DNA from: an uncultured Anaerolineaceae bacterium
Lineage (GTDB): Bacteria; Chloroflexota; Anaerolineae; Anaerolineales; E44-bin32
NCBI GenBank assembly: GCA_964353875.1
Contig: CAYGXU010000009.1
Span: 1-54,092, forward strand
Reading direction: 5' to 3'
DNA: 54,092 nucleotides
Within the stretch, counting starts at the first letter, position 1; each line of letters starts with the position of its first letter. The notes under the pieces were generated by a model, which worked only from the letters and a program-made list of their open reading frames with translations, was not told the origin of the DNA and made no database searches. The position numbers and the translations under genes are program-made. Positions 8,773 to 18,684 of the stretch are shown here, piece by piece.

Positions 8773-10355
8773 GCCTTACGGCGTCTTGCGCTAAACCGAT
8801 CGAAAGTCAAGATACATGTCAAATAGAGGAGGATTATACTTATACTTACCCCAAGGGTCTTCCAAAAACTTAACCGTGGAGTTTGATAATATCTTCCCAT
8901 TTCCCAATGAAGAAAGGTTATGGTTGGGATTACTACTACGACTCCAATCCGCAGTAGCCAGGGATCATGTTCCTCCCGAGCGGTAATCCAGGCCCAACCA
9001 GCCATTGCTGCCTGAAGGCAAAGGAATATCGCCCTCCAGCGAGGATTATCCCACAGGCGACCTGCATCCCGATAGGAAACCAGCAACGCTGCAACCCAAA
9101 GTAATATTCCCAGATACGTTTCCAGGCTGCGCCATCCCTTATAGCGGATCGCTGCCAGGGGAGCGTAGATCAAAAAAGGTAGAAGGAAGAACCAGCCTAA
9201 TGCCCGAAAGGCAACGATTGCACGGATGAGGGGCGCACTCGTGTTATCCATCACCGCTGCAGGAAAGAAAGGTTGTACCAGGCCATAGAGTGTCGCCAAG
9301 GGCAATCGCCCCCAATCCGGTACCATTCCAAAGATGGTTTGAACCCAGCCTGAGGATTGTTCAAGAAGATGAAGTTGATAACCAGCCCCACTTTGTATCC
9401 ACCAACGCACCAAATCAATCAAATTGCCATCAGGTGCCCCCTCGATCATTGCCCAAGCGCGGATTGTCAAGGCGAAGACCACGAAACAGAATAGAAGCAA
9501 AGCGCCCAACGTAATCACGATATGTTTGGCATCGCCCCGCTTCTCCCAAAGCCATGCGAAGATAAGAATGCCCAGGATGATCAGGGCATAAGGGGGCGAG
9601 ATAAGAAGCGCGAGTATGAGGCCACACAACCAATAAAGTAAGCCTTGCTTTAGTCTCGTTGAACGAGAATGGGTGTATCCTTCAAGCCCAAGCGCCAATG
9701 CTGTCATGAGAAAGGGTTCCCGCATTTGAGAAGAACCTAGGAGCACTGCCTCCGGGTAGAAGGCGACTAGCCAGGCTGCAAACATCGCTGCCCGATTCCC
9801 AAACAGCTTATGGGTGAATGACCAGGTAAACAATACACACAGGGAGCCAAGTGTTGACGCCACAAGGATGATGAGGATGGGACGATGAACATCAGAGGAC
9901 ACCGTCCGGTAGAGGAATGCACTCAAAAAAAGCAGTCCTCCATATTGGTCACTAGAATAATCACCTTCCCAAGCACTGATGAGGGACTTATCGGATTCTG
10001 CCAGTCGCCATGCATCGGTGTCACGATGATAGGCATCTTTAAAGATGTAACCAGCCTGATGGGGAGCAGAATCGCTATAGCCATATTGGGGAAGGCCATA
10101 CGTCAAGATCACCCCAAGACCCAATCTCAGTGCAAGCGCCAAGAGGGCAGCAAGGAGCAGCCATCGAGGTCGATCCAACCCAGCCAAGGTACGCCATGAA
10201 AACCAGAAGAGTAGCGCGCAAATAAGGCTGACAACGAGGTATGCCAGAAAATTCGCTAGTGTCCTACCACCCGAATCCAGCAAGGTTATCAGCACACTCA
10301 CAACGAGAGGAAAAACGAACCATAGAGACCCATCTCGTACAGCCTTCAATTTCAT
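8769..10355 (-). CDS. Polytopic membrane protein, candidate glycan polymerase or GT-C-type transferase
   Basis: About 528 aa from ATG 10355 (GAGAGAAGG upstream), with 12 or more hydrophobic segments and large loops, inside the glycan locus. No family motif recognised with certainty. Confidence 0.55.
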   Translation of the reverse strand: MKLKAVRDGSLWFVFPLVVSVLITLLDSGGRTLANFLAYLVVSLICALLFWFSWRTLAGLDRPRWLLLAALLALALRLGLGVILTYGLPQYGYSDSAPHQAGYIFKDAYHRDTDAWRLAESDKSLISAWEGDYSSDQYGGLLFLSAFLYRTVSSDVHRPILIILVASTLGSLCVLFTWSFTHKLFGNRAAMFAAWLVAFYPEAVLLGSSQMREPFLMTALALGLEGYTHSRSTRLKQGLLYWLCGLILALLISPPYALIILGILIFAWLWEKRGDAKHIVITLGALLLFCFVVFALTIRAWAMIEGAPDGNLIDLVRWWIQSGAGYQLHLLEQSSGWVQTIFGMVPDWGRLPLATLYGLVQPFFPAAVMDNTSAPLIRAIVAFRALGWFFLLPFLIYAPLAAIRYKGWRSLETYLGILLWVAALLVSYRDAGRLWDNPRWRAIFLCLQAAMAGWAWITAREEHDPWLLRIGVVVVIPTITFLHWEMGRYYQTPRLSFWKTLGVSISIILLYLTCILTFDRFSARRRKA

Positions 10356-10650
10356 CCTTCTCTCACATCCTTTATTCAATCAACCCTGCCTGATCTGAAG
10401 ACCTGATTGCCTATCCCAGCACACGAAACTATGAAGAAAATTTGGTAGTCTCTATACAACCGGAAGCCTTCAAAAGCGACTGACTTGGAAGGCCAGGATT
10501 ATCTTGCATAGAAGTCGATAGCTTTTTGCTTCCAAAATCATACGACAAGTAGAAGAGCTTCCTTCGGTTATAGAATCTCCGCATTATCCGGCAATTCGTC
10601 GTAAATTCTTCTAGAACATATGCTTCCATGCATCATCTTGCTCAAGGCAA

Positions 10651-11775
10651 TCATAAACCCTCAATGGAACGATTGGCTCGTTCTTTCCATGAATATTTCG
10701 ACGCGTCTTCTCGGGCTTGATTCGCAAGCGATTGCCAATGGCCAGGTTCCACGAAGATCCTCTTCATCATCTGATCCCAGGCTTCGAGATTCTCAGAAGA
10801 TAATAAAATGGCATTGGATGGGTTCAGAATCTCTCGCAGAACTGGCAAATCACTCGAAAGGATCAGCCTCCCTGTTGCCATATACTCGAACACCTTCATC
10901 GGACTGGCGTACGCTGCCGTATCCCCCCCACTGCTGATCGAGATCTTCTGTTCGTAAGGCATCAAGAGCACGTCGCATGCTGCCTGATAGAGTGGGAGAT
11001 CTATGTTCTCAACAAAACCAATCACATGGATGTTCTCCACATTGGCAGAAGCAACTGCCTTCCTCCAATGTTGGACAGCGGCCGCTTCACCGCCTACCCA
11101 GAGAAATTGGACTTCAGGATTCCTTTGCGCCAACTGAAAGAGTAATTCGATCCCCCTTCCAGAATAGAGATGCCCCGTATAGCCCGCAGTAAAACGGTCT
11201 CTGATTCCAATGCGTTTCCTTGCTTCCTTTGCCAAAGGAATTTGCTCGTAGCGCTCAAGATCCACTCCCATGGGTGAAACCAATGCGAAGGGCGCTTCAA
11301 GGTAGGTATTAAAAGCCAATGACAAACTGTCATTTAAAGCCGTTGTGATCGACAGCAGCCTTCTGGCACCGCCTCCTTTTAGAAAGGCGCGGAAGAGGTG
11401 AGGTCCAAATCGTCCATGTGGACGATCGTGCATTTCCAAAATCGTAGGCAAGTTGAGTAATGAGGCAATTGCGGCCGCTTGCAAAGGCCAAATGTAATAA
11501 CAATCCGCCTCCCAACGCCGTCCTGCCAGTACAGCTCTGAAAGCAAAATCATAGCGCTTCAAAAGCTGAAAAGACTTCAACCAACAAATCGGGAAAATCT
11601 CTCTAATGCCATATTGGGATTGAAGCTGATTCCAATCCACCTGTAGCTGATTGCCCGGCAACCAAAGCTTTAACTCATGCCCTAATTGTATGAAGGCCTG
11701 ACAGACCTTCATCACTTGCATCGAATTGGCAGTTCTTGATGGGATCCGGGAAGTTGAGATCATAGCGATGCGCAT
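10651..11775 (-). CDS. Glycosyltransferase family 4 (GT-B fold)
   Basis: MRIAMISTSRIPSRTANSMQVMKVCQAF N-terminus and a C-terminal ..SPMKVFEYMATGRLILSSDLP.. (EX7E-like) motif. Confidence 0.85.
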   Translation of the reverse strand: MRIAMISTSRIPSRTANSMQVMKVCQAFIQLGHELKLWLPGNQLQVDWNQLQSQYGIREIFPICWLKSFQLLKRYDFAFRAVLAGRRWEADCYYIWPLQAAAIASLLNLPTILEMHDRPHGRFGPHLFRAFLKGGGARRLLSITTALNDSLSLAFNTYLEAPFALVSPMGVDLERYEQIPLAKEARKRIGIRDRFTAGYTGHLYSGRGIELLFQLAQRNPEVQFLWVGGEAAAVQHWRKAVASANVENIHVIGFVENIDLPLYQAACDVLLMPYEQKISISSGGDTAAYASPMKVFEYMATGRLILSSDLPVLREILNPSNAILLSSENLEAWDQMMKRIFVEPGHWQSLANQAREDASKYSWKERANRSIEGL

Positions 11776-11781
11776 GTTACC

Positions 11782-13167
11782 TCAACCTTCCACTACTTCT
11801 TGAGGTGGCATCCCTTCCGCTCGTTTGATTTCCCCTATCGTTTTCCATAGCAATGTGATGGCATTGATGAGAAAGAACACGCTCATCATCACCGCCATAC
11901 CTGAAGCGCCCCAGCTTGGGACGAGAAGGAGCATGCCAGCGATCTGAACCCCCACTGCGACAAAACCGACTTTCGTAGGATAATCGGGTAATCCGAGCGG
12001 AAGCAGCACGCTCCTACCCCAGTAGATAATATTCACTGCCATAACGCCGATCAGCAAGATGAGCAGAATCGGGTAGGCCGGAAGAAACTCCTCGCCATAC
12101 AACATCACCAACCACCGACCGAAAAATATCAATCCCAGGCTGGAGGGGATTGTCCAGATTGCAGAAAGAAGACTCCCGCTACGCAGCAAATAGCGCACAT
12201 TCGTCCAGCGTTTTCCAGCGACTTCCCTGGCCACTTCACGATATGTCGTGCTGATTAATGGGGTAATAGGGACAAGGAGTATATTCATAAATGCCTTGGC
12301 AACCTTGTAATATCCTCCCTGTAATGGGCTGCTCAATGCATTAATCCACAGGATATCGCTATCGCGTGTGACCAGATTGAGAGTGCCACTTAAGTTCGTG
12401 CTAATCGCAAATCGGATTAAATCTTTGCGCCGATCGGCGATGGTCATTAGGGGGATTTTCCACCACCCAATGCCCCACTCCACTCGAGCAACTCTCAAGG
12501 CCATGGCAGAGATTAACCCGGCCCATATAAACTTGCCGATTAAATACGCAATCATCACTTCCTGCAGGTGCCCTTTCATGAGGAAAGTCGCCAGGATTAA
12601 CAATAATGTAACCACACCTTGGATGACGGTAATCACTGCAATTGCTTTAAATCGATCGTAGATGTGAAGCAAGCCAGTTGAGCTTTCTGCTATCAGATTC
12701 GCCAGTACCGACAAACCGTAGACGACGAAGATGCCTGTCATGGTCGGATCCTTCGCCAGATAGCGTGCGCCAATCGGGGCTAACGCCACAACCAGTGCAT
12801 AAGCGACAAGCGCGCTCATCATTTCAACCAAGGCTGCAGCTTTGAACAAAGCCGCTGATCGTTGATGTTCTCCTCTTTCATTGAACTCGCCGATATAACT
12901 TACAACAAGCTCACTCATTCGAAAGGAAGTTAGTCGATTGATGACACTTGCATACTGCGTTACTGCCCCCAACATTCCAAATGCTTCAACGCCTAACAGA
13001 CGACCCGCAAGCACACTCTGAGCCATACTCAAAACCGCCGATAGCGAGGTGGCGCTGAAAACATAACTCGAATTGCGGATCATCCGCTGGGTGAGAGGAT
13101 TCTGTCCTAAGCGTTCAAAGGTCTTTCGAATGAAATTTTGCGGAGGAGTCGGCATGTGCTGCCTCAT
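11782..13167 (-). CDS. Oligosaccharide/polysaccharide flippase (Wzx-like, MOP superfamily)
   Basis: 461 aa with about 12-14 TM segments and polysaccharide-biosynthesis-protein-like N- and C-terminal regions. It has an ATGA overlap with the upstream epimerase gene. Confidence 0.8.
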   Translation of the reverse strand: MRQHMPTPPQNFIRKTFERLGQNPLTQRMIRNSSYVFSATSLSAVLSMAQSVLAGRLLGVEAFGMLGAVTQYASVINRLTSFRMSELVVSYIGEFNERGEHQRSAALFKAAALVEMMSALVAYALVVALAPIGARYLAKDPTMTGIFVVYGLSVLANLIAESSTGLLHIYDRFKAIAVITVIQGVVTLLLILATFLMKGHLQEVMIAYLIGKFIWAGLISAMALRVARVEWGIGWWKIPLMTIADRRKDLIRFAISTNLSGTLNLVTRDSDILWINALSSPLQGGYYKVAKAFMNILLVPITPLISTTYREVAREVAGKRWTNVRYLLRSGSLLSAIWTIPSSLGLIFFGRWLVMLYGEEFLPAYPILLILLIGVMAVNIIYWGRSVLLPLGLPDYPTKVGFVAVGVQIAGMLLLVPSWGASGMAVMMSVFFLINAITLLWKTIGEIKRAEGMPPQEVVEG

Positions 13168-14144
13168 TCACCCGAGGTGGTCACTTGCTTTGCCCACTTA
13201 CGTTCTTGCTGATACCATAACACGCAGGCGGCTAAACCATCGTCGAGGCTCATTTGTGGCTCCCATCCAAGTAGCTTCCCCGCTTTTTCGATGTGCGCCC
13301 AGGTTGTAGGGACATCTGCTGGCGAAGGATCGTGCCATTCAATCTTGGCATCGCGTTGCAAGAGCCTTTCAATCTTGTGCAGTACATCCAGCATCTGAAC
13401 CGGGTGGTCACCCCCTAAATTTACCACTTCAAAACCTACTGGGCGTAACGCTGAAATAGTCCCGCGTACGATGTCATCGACAAAAGTAAAATCGCGCTCC
13501 TGATGCCCGTCTCCATAGATCCTTACTGGATAACCCTCTGCAACCCATTGAATGAACCGGAAAATGCTCATGTCGGGACGGCCAGCGGGACCGTAGACGG
13601 TGAAATAGCGCAGGACACTCACATCCAAGCCATAGAGATGGTGGTAGCTATGGCAAAGCAGTTCGGAGGCTCCTTTGGAGGCAGCATAGGGAGATAACGG
13701 CCGGCTGATGTCCGCATCCTCCCGAAATGGGCGTGGGGTATTAAGACCATAGAGGCTGGAGGTGGAAGCCTGGACAAACTTCGAAACGCGACGATCACGG
13801 CATGCATTCAGCAAGTGTAACGTGCCGAGCACATTGGTTTGATAATAAACCAAGGGATCACGCACGCTCTGTCGGACGCCCGCACGTGCGGCCAAGTTGA
13901 TCACGGCGTCGAAGGATTGGTCGCCCCATACGCTCATAAGGGATGGATCATCACTGATATCCGCCTGAAAAAAGGTGAAATTTTTAAATTTCGTCAAACG
14001 CTCGAGGCGCCAAGTCTTCAAACGGACATCATAGGCATCATTCATATTATCGACGGCAACCACCTCATGCGATTCTTCCAACAGATGCCTGGCGACAGTC
14101 GATCCAATGAAACCTGCCGCTCCTGTGAGCAAATAGCACGCCAT
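13164..14144 (-). CDS. NAD-dependent nucleotide-sugar 4-epimerase (extended SDR; UDP-glucuronate / UDP-GlcNAcA 4-epimerase-like)
   Basis: LLTGAAGFIGS Rossmann motif, the YAASK catalytic YxxxK motif, 326 aa. It lies directly downstream of a sugar 6-dehydrogenase. Confidence 0.85.
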   Translation of the reverse strand: MACYLLTGAAGFIGSTVARHLLEESHEVVAVDNMNDAYDVRLKTWRLERLTKFKNFTFFQADISDDPSLMSVWGDQSFDAVINLAARAGVRQSVRDPLVYYQTNVLGTLHLLNACRDRRVSKFVQASTSSLYGLNTPRPFREDADISRPLSPYAASKGASELLCHSYHHLYGLDVSVLRYFTVYGPAGRPDMSIFRFIQWVAEGYPVRIYGDGHQERDFTFVDDIVRGTISALRPVGFEVVNLGGDHPVQMLDVLHKIERLLQRDAKIEWHDPSPADVPTTWAHIEKAGKLLGWEPQMSLDDGLAACVLWYQQERKWAKQVTTSGE

Positions 14145-15493
14145 TATAGCCTCACGATATGCTCGCCGTGGATCCCCCTGGCGCCCATGACATTGCGTGT
14201 ATCGAAGATCAGTTTTGCAGCTCTCGCCACTCCAGCATAGTCGATCACCTCATGATCCGTCACGATAACGACGCAATCGGATTCCTGGGTAGCACCGATT
14301 AAATCGGTTGCGGATTCAACTCCCCAATCTTCATGCTCTATCGAAGGTACATAAGGGTCATAATACTCGACTTCTGCTCCCTTGCTCCTCAGTAGACCGA
14401 TGACATCCAAAGCTGGTGATTCACGCAGATCGGAGATATTGGCCTTGTAGGCCACCCCTAACACCAGTATGCGCGATCCCTTGAGAGACTTCTGCTGATG
14501 ATTGAGCGTATCCTGTACTCGCTGAACCACATAGCGTGGCATCCCAGTATTGATCTCACTGGCCAATTCGATAATCCGGGCATTATATTTCAGGCTCTTT
14601 AACTTCCACGAAAGGTAGAGCGGATCGATGGGGATGCAATGACCACCGAGGCCAGGCCCTGGCGTAAACTTCATAAATCCAAAAGGCTTTGTAGCTGCTG
14701 CCTCAATCACCTCCCAGACATCGATTCCCAGACGATCGCACATGAGCGCCATTTCATTGACCATGGCAATATTGACCGCACGGAAAGTGTTTTCCAATAA
14801 TTTTGCCATCTCGGCTACTTCTGTTGATGAGACACGTACTATGGTCTCCATAGCCGGAGCATACATCGCCGCCGCCACTTCTGTGCAATAGGGAGTGATC
14901 CCCCCAATGACTTTGGGTGTATTGATTGTGGTCCAATCCTTACGCCCTGGATCGACACGTTCCGGGGAAAAGGCAAGGAATAAATCCTCGCCAACTTCAA
15001 ACCCGGCATCTTGGAACTCTGGCAGCATCATCTCACGAGTCGTGCCAGGATAAGTAGTCGATTCAAGGATGACCACCATCCCCGGATGAAGGACGGGTTT
15101 TAATGATTTCACTGCGGAAATAATAAAAGATAAATCTGGATCGCCCGTTTTCCGCAATGGAGTAGGGACACATATGCTGACGCCATCGACATCTTGTAGG
15201 GCATCGAAACAATTAGAAGCCACCAGCCGTCCCTGCGTTACCAGTTGAGAGATCTGCTCGGAGGGGATATCTTCGATATAACTCTCTCCTTGATTGATCT
15301 GTTCGATCTTTTCCGAGTTGTTGTCTATTCCAATCACACGATAACCAGCCTCTGCCAGGATGACAGCGAGAGGGAGCCCGACATAACCAAGCCCGATTAT
15401 GCCTACCTTGGCTTCCCTCTTTGAAAAGCGTTCCAAAAGTGCTATTCCGATAGGCGATAAAGATCGATTACTTTCTCTGTGTGACATGATCAA
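14144..15493 (-). CDS. Nucleotide-sugar 6-dehydrogenase (UDP-GlcNAc/ManNAc dehydrogenase-like, TviB/WbpA/WecC group)
   Basis: VGIIGLGYVGLPLAVILAEAG N-terminal Rossmann motif, catalytic GGHCIPIDP, 449 aa. Confidence 0.9.
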   Translation of the reverse strand: MIMSHRESNRSLSPIGIALLERFSKREAKVGIIGLGYVGLPLAVILAEAGYRVIGIDNNSEKIEQINQGESYIEDIPSEQISQLVTQGRLVASNCFDALQDVDGVSICVPTPLRKTGDPDLSFIISAVKSLKPVLHPGMVVILESTTYPGTTREMMLPEFQDAGFEVGEDLFLAFSPERVDPGRKDWTTINTPKVIGGITPYCTEVAAAMYAPAMETIVRVSSTEVAEMAKLLENTFRAVNIAMVNEMALMCDRLGIDVWEVIEAAATKPFGFMKFTPGPGLGGHCIPIDPLYLSWKLKSLKYNARIIELASEINTGMPRYVVQRVQDTLNHQQKSLKGSRILVLGVAYKANISDLRESPALDVIGLLRSKGAEVEYYDPYVPSIEHEDWGVESATDLIGATQESDCVVIVTDHEVIDYAGVARAAKLIFDTRNVMGARGIHGEHIVRL

Positions 15494-15516
15494 TATAACT
15501 CCAAAGCTTGCGAAGG

Positions 15517-16134
15517 CTAAAATAGACTCAGTTGTTCTGGTTCGTCAGATGAATCCTCTTGCACATAGGAATATTTCTGAGCTTGTTCAATATACTCAGG
15601 CAAACGTAAAAAATCGAGCTCGACTTGCTTTTTTAATGAAGGCTGATGCAAGGCGGCAGCCGGGTGATACATGGTCACAACCAACCTGCCTAGAATCCAT
15701 TTCGCTTGACCGTGGAAGTTGCTAATGCGCGCCTTTGGAAAGAAGCGGGCCATGGAAAAACGCCCGAGGGTGGCGACCAATTTGGGATTAATGACTTGGA
15801 TTTGGCGATCCAAGAAACTAGAGCAGGCATCGATTTCATCTACCTGAGGGTCACGATTCCCTGGCGGTCGGCATTTGATGACATTTCCGATGAACACCTG
15901 ATTGCGGGTGCGACCAATGCTGGCAAGCAATTCCTCCAAGAATCGACCTGCTGCGCCCACGAAAGGTCTTCCCTGTTCGTTTTCATGAAAGCCGGGGCCT
16001 TCGCCAATAAACATGATATCACAATTGACTGGACCCTCCCCAGGAACAGGATTTTTCCGACTCAAATGCAGTCGGCAAGCGGTACAACTTCGTATCTCAT
16101 TAGCAATCTGCTGCAAGGCCTCTTGCGGCTCCAC
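15517..16134 (-). CDS. Uracil-DNA glycosylase, family 4
   Basis: CTACRL...PVPGEGP....IMFIGEGPGFHENEQGRPFVGAAGRFL and HPAA motifs. Confidence 0.9.
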   Translation of the reverse strand: MEPQEALQQIANEIRSCTACRLHLSRKNPVPGEGPVNCDIMFIGEGPGFHENEQGRPFVGAAGRFLEELLASIGRTRNQVFIGNVIKCRPPGNRDPQVDEIDACSSFLDRQIQVINPKLVATLGRFSMARFFPKARISNFHGQAKWILGRLVVTMYHPAAALHQPSLKKQVELDFLRLPEYIEQAQKYSYVQEDSSDEPEQLSLF

Positions 16135-16148
16135 TTTCCACCTCCACC

Positions 16149-16640
16149 CTAATGTACCAATCCCTCTTGCAAGTAATAACGGGCCATTAGATAAGCATCC
16201 TCATTGTTGTCTCGATAGTATCTTGGCCGGTTGCCAACCACCTCAAAACCGTATTTGTAATAAAGGTTTAAAGCTGCTTGATTGGAGACCCGAACTTCCA
16301 GTGTAACTGTCGTCGCTTCTTTGTTTAACGCGTATTCTAGAGCGCGTTGCAAAAGTCTCTCACCCAATCCATGCCCACGATAATTGGGATGGACCGCGAT
16401 GGTACTGATATGGGCTTCATCTACGATGAACCATATGCCAACATATCCGACTACTTTAAATACACCGTTGTTAGGAGCCTCGGCCACATAAAGACATGCA
16501 GCCTGGTTCTCCTCAAGTTCGAATCGATAAGTACGCTCTGACCAAGGGAGTGGAAATGACAAGCGGTCGATCTCCAATACGACTGGTAAATCAGCCAGGG
16601 TCATCTCGCGAATGACTGGAGCGATTACCTTGCTGGTCAT
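16149..16640 (-). CDS. rimI: Ribosomal-protein-alanine N-acetyltransferase (GNAT)
   Basis: GNAT motif A (VHPNYRGHGLGERLL), 163 aa, in the conserved tsaE-tsaB-rimI arrangement. Confidence 0.85.
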   Translation of the reverse strand: MTSKVIAPVIREMTLADLPVVLEIDRLSFPLPWSERTYRFELEENQAACLYVAEAPNNGVFKVVGYVGIWFIVDEAHISTIAVHPNYRGHGLGERLLQRALEYALNKEATTVTLEVRVSNQAALNLYYKYGFEVVGNRPRYYRDNNEDAYLMARYYLQEGLVH

Positions 16641-17302
16641 GATCTCCCCAATCCCTCAGTTGGTAAATAGATAGGGATCAACCTCTCCGGATTATCTACC
16701 TGCCCTGCCCTGAGTCTCTCCCAAGCGATTTCAGCCAAAAATCCTGGTCGCCGGAGACAGAACGCTGGTGGTGCAAGTATCACCATCGGTTCATTACGTA
16801 AAGCCTCTCGAGCAGGACCATCAATCTCGCCACAAATATAAGTTATCGACTTAATAACTTCCATCATCCCATCCAAAGACAGAACCTCTGGCACTCCACT
16901 CGCTTTCCATCGATCAGAACTCCATTTGTACCACAATCCGGCGACTCTTCCCCTCCCTGCATGGACAACTGCCAACATGGATTCCGAGCGTTTTGGTTGA
17001 CTGTACGCCAGAATATCAAGTGTAGGAACGCCGATCATTGGCAGGTTATGTGCAAGCGCCATCCCTTTCGCCATGGCCATCCCGATTCGCAACCCAGTAT
17101 ACGAGCCAGGGCCCTGAGCAACGGCTATCGCGGACAGCGAGGATACCTTACAGCCTGCATGTCGCAACATTAATGCCGTCTCTGGAGCCAGTTGCACAGT
17201 ATGAAAGCTTTGTATAATCCAATGGTGTTCTGCAATTAACTTGGCACCATCGTGGAGGGCAATACCTATGGCCTGGGTTGCTGTGTCAATAGCAAGAATC
17301 AC
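16637..17302 (-). CDS. tsaB: tRNA threonylcarbamoyladenosine (t6A) biosynthesis protein TsaB
   Basis: ILAIDTAT N-terminus, GPGSYTGLRIG motif, 221 aa. Confidence 0.9.
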   Translation of the reverse strand: MILAIDTATQAIGIALHDGAKLIAEHHWIIQSFHTVQLAPETALMLRHAGCKVSSLSAIAVAQGPGSYTGLRIGMAMAKGMALAHNLPMIGVPTLDILAYSQPKRSESMLAVVHAGRGRVAGLWYKWSSDRWKASGVPEVLSLDGMMEVIKSITYICGEIDGPAREALRNEPMVILAPPAFCLRRPGFLAEIAWERLRAGQVDNPERLIPIYLPTEGLGRS

Positions 17303-17304
17303 AA

Positions 17305-17802
17305 CTAGCCTCCAAAGACTGCCTTACGATATCCCCTGAGAAGGCGCTCGTAGCGGAGCCCATTCGCATTAAAATGCATCGCCCTACGTAGTTCATCAAC
17401 CCAACGAAGTTGGATCCATAATCTTTCAACAGGGAGGATCTCAGCAACGCGCTCAGGCCATTCAACCATGATCGGTCCGCCATTCTCAAATAATTCGAGT
17501 AAACCAATTGCAATCGCCTCAGTGGGATTACTCAGACGAAAGGCATCAAAATGGTATAGACAAGTTGTATCTGCGCGTCTGTATTCGTTAAGCAATACAA
17601 AGGTTGGGCTGGTGGCAGTATCCAACGCACCCCAGCCGCGTGCAATCCCTTGAGCCAGGGTCGTCTTTCCACTGCCCAAATCACCTGCCATGCAGATGAC
17701 ATGGCCTGGCTGCAATAACTCTCCCAGCCTTACTCCAAGGCGAATGGTTTGCTCCGGGCTATGGCTGAGGAACTCGAGACTTGTCTCACTCAAGATGGGC
17801 AT
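17305..17802 (-). CDS. tsaE: tRNA t6A biosynthesis ATPase TsaE
   Basis: GDLGSGKTTLAQGIARG P-loop, SPTF and HFDAYRL-like (HFDAFRL) motifs. Confidence 0.9.
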   Translation of the reverse strand: MPILSETSLEFLSHSPEQTIRLGVRLGELLQPGHVICMAGDLGSGKTTLAQGIARGWGALDTATSPTFVLLNEYRRADTTCLYHFDAFRLSNPTEAIAIGLLELFENGGPIMVEWPERVAEILPVERLWIQLRWVDELRRAMHFNANGLRYERLLRGYRKAVFGG

Positions 17803-17881
17803 AAGTTGGTTGGATTATACGCCAGGCATTTAACGGTCACAAGCTCTTCCATTCCTTCCGCCTCCATGCTACTATGCATGC

Positions 17882-18610
17882 ATGCGCGTTTTGGTCATCT
17901 CCGATATCCATGCGAATCTAACCGCGCTTGAAGCCGTATTGGAGGATGCCGGCAAATTCGACACGGTTTGGTGTTTAGGCGATCTCATCGGTTATGGTCC
18001 TGACCCAAACGAATGTATTGAGCGGATCCGGGACCTACCAGAATTATGCTGCCTGGCTGGAAATCATGACCATGCTGTCTTGGGATTAATGCCATTGTCC
18101 AGATTCAACTATGAAGCCCAGGCCGCAGTAAATTGGACACAGGAAATCTTGTCTGAAGAACACCGCCAGTATCTGTCCTCCCTGCCTTTGACACTGATGC
18201 AAGATCCCTTTCTGCTGGCGCACGGAAGTCCGCGCGAGCCTTTGTGGGAATACATTCTCGATGAGCACATAGCCCAGCGTAACTTCGAGTACTTCCAGGC
18301 GGATTACTGCCTGATCGGTCATTCCCACATCCCTCTCTTATTCTTTAAGCCCCTCGACGAAGACAATGTGCTTTCGTTGGCCATGCCGGAGAGCGAACCT
18401 TTCTCCCTCCAACCGCGCATGATCCTCAATCCAGGCTCGGTAGGTCAACCGAGAGATCTTGATCCTAGAGCCTCCTATGCCCTGCTAGATTTACAGGCAG
18501 ATACGTGGGAATTGCGGCGTGTCGCTTACGATATCACTGATGTACAATTACGCATCCTTGAAGTGGGTCTTCCCGAGCGACATGCAACCCGGCTCGTGGC
18601 TGGTTGGTAA
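17882..18610 (+). CDS. Metallophosphoesterase family protein
   Basis: MRVLVISDIHAN, GDLIGYGP, GNHD and GHSH motifs. Confidence 0.8.
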   Translation: MRVLVISDIHANLTALEAVLEDAGKFDTVWCLGDLIGYGPDPNECIERIRDLPELCCLAGNHDHAVLGLMPLSRFNYEAQAAVNWTQEILSEEHRQYLSSLPLTLMQDPFLLAHGSPREPLWEYILDEHIAQRNFEYFQADYCLIGHSHIPLLFFKPLDEDNVLSLAMPESEPFSLQPRMILNPGSVGQPRDLDPRASYALLDLQADTWELRRVAYDITDVQLRILEVGLPERHATRLVAGW

Positions 18611-18684
18611 ATTGGAACCTTTAAGTTATTACAGGCGTCTTAGAAAATAGTCTAGTTGAGAGGTCTATTTAAGGAGGATCAGAG

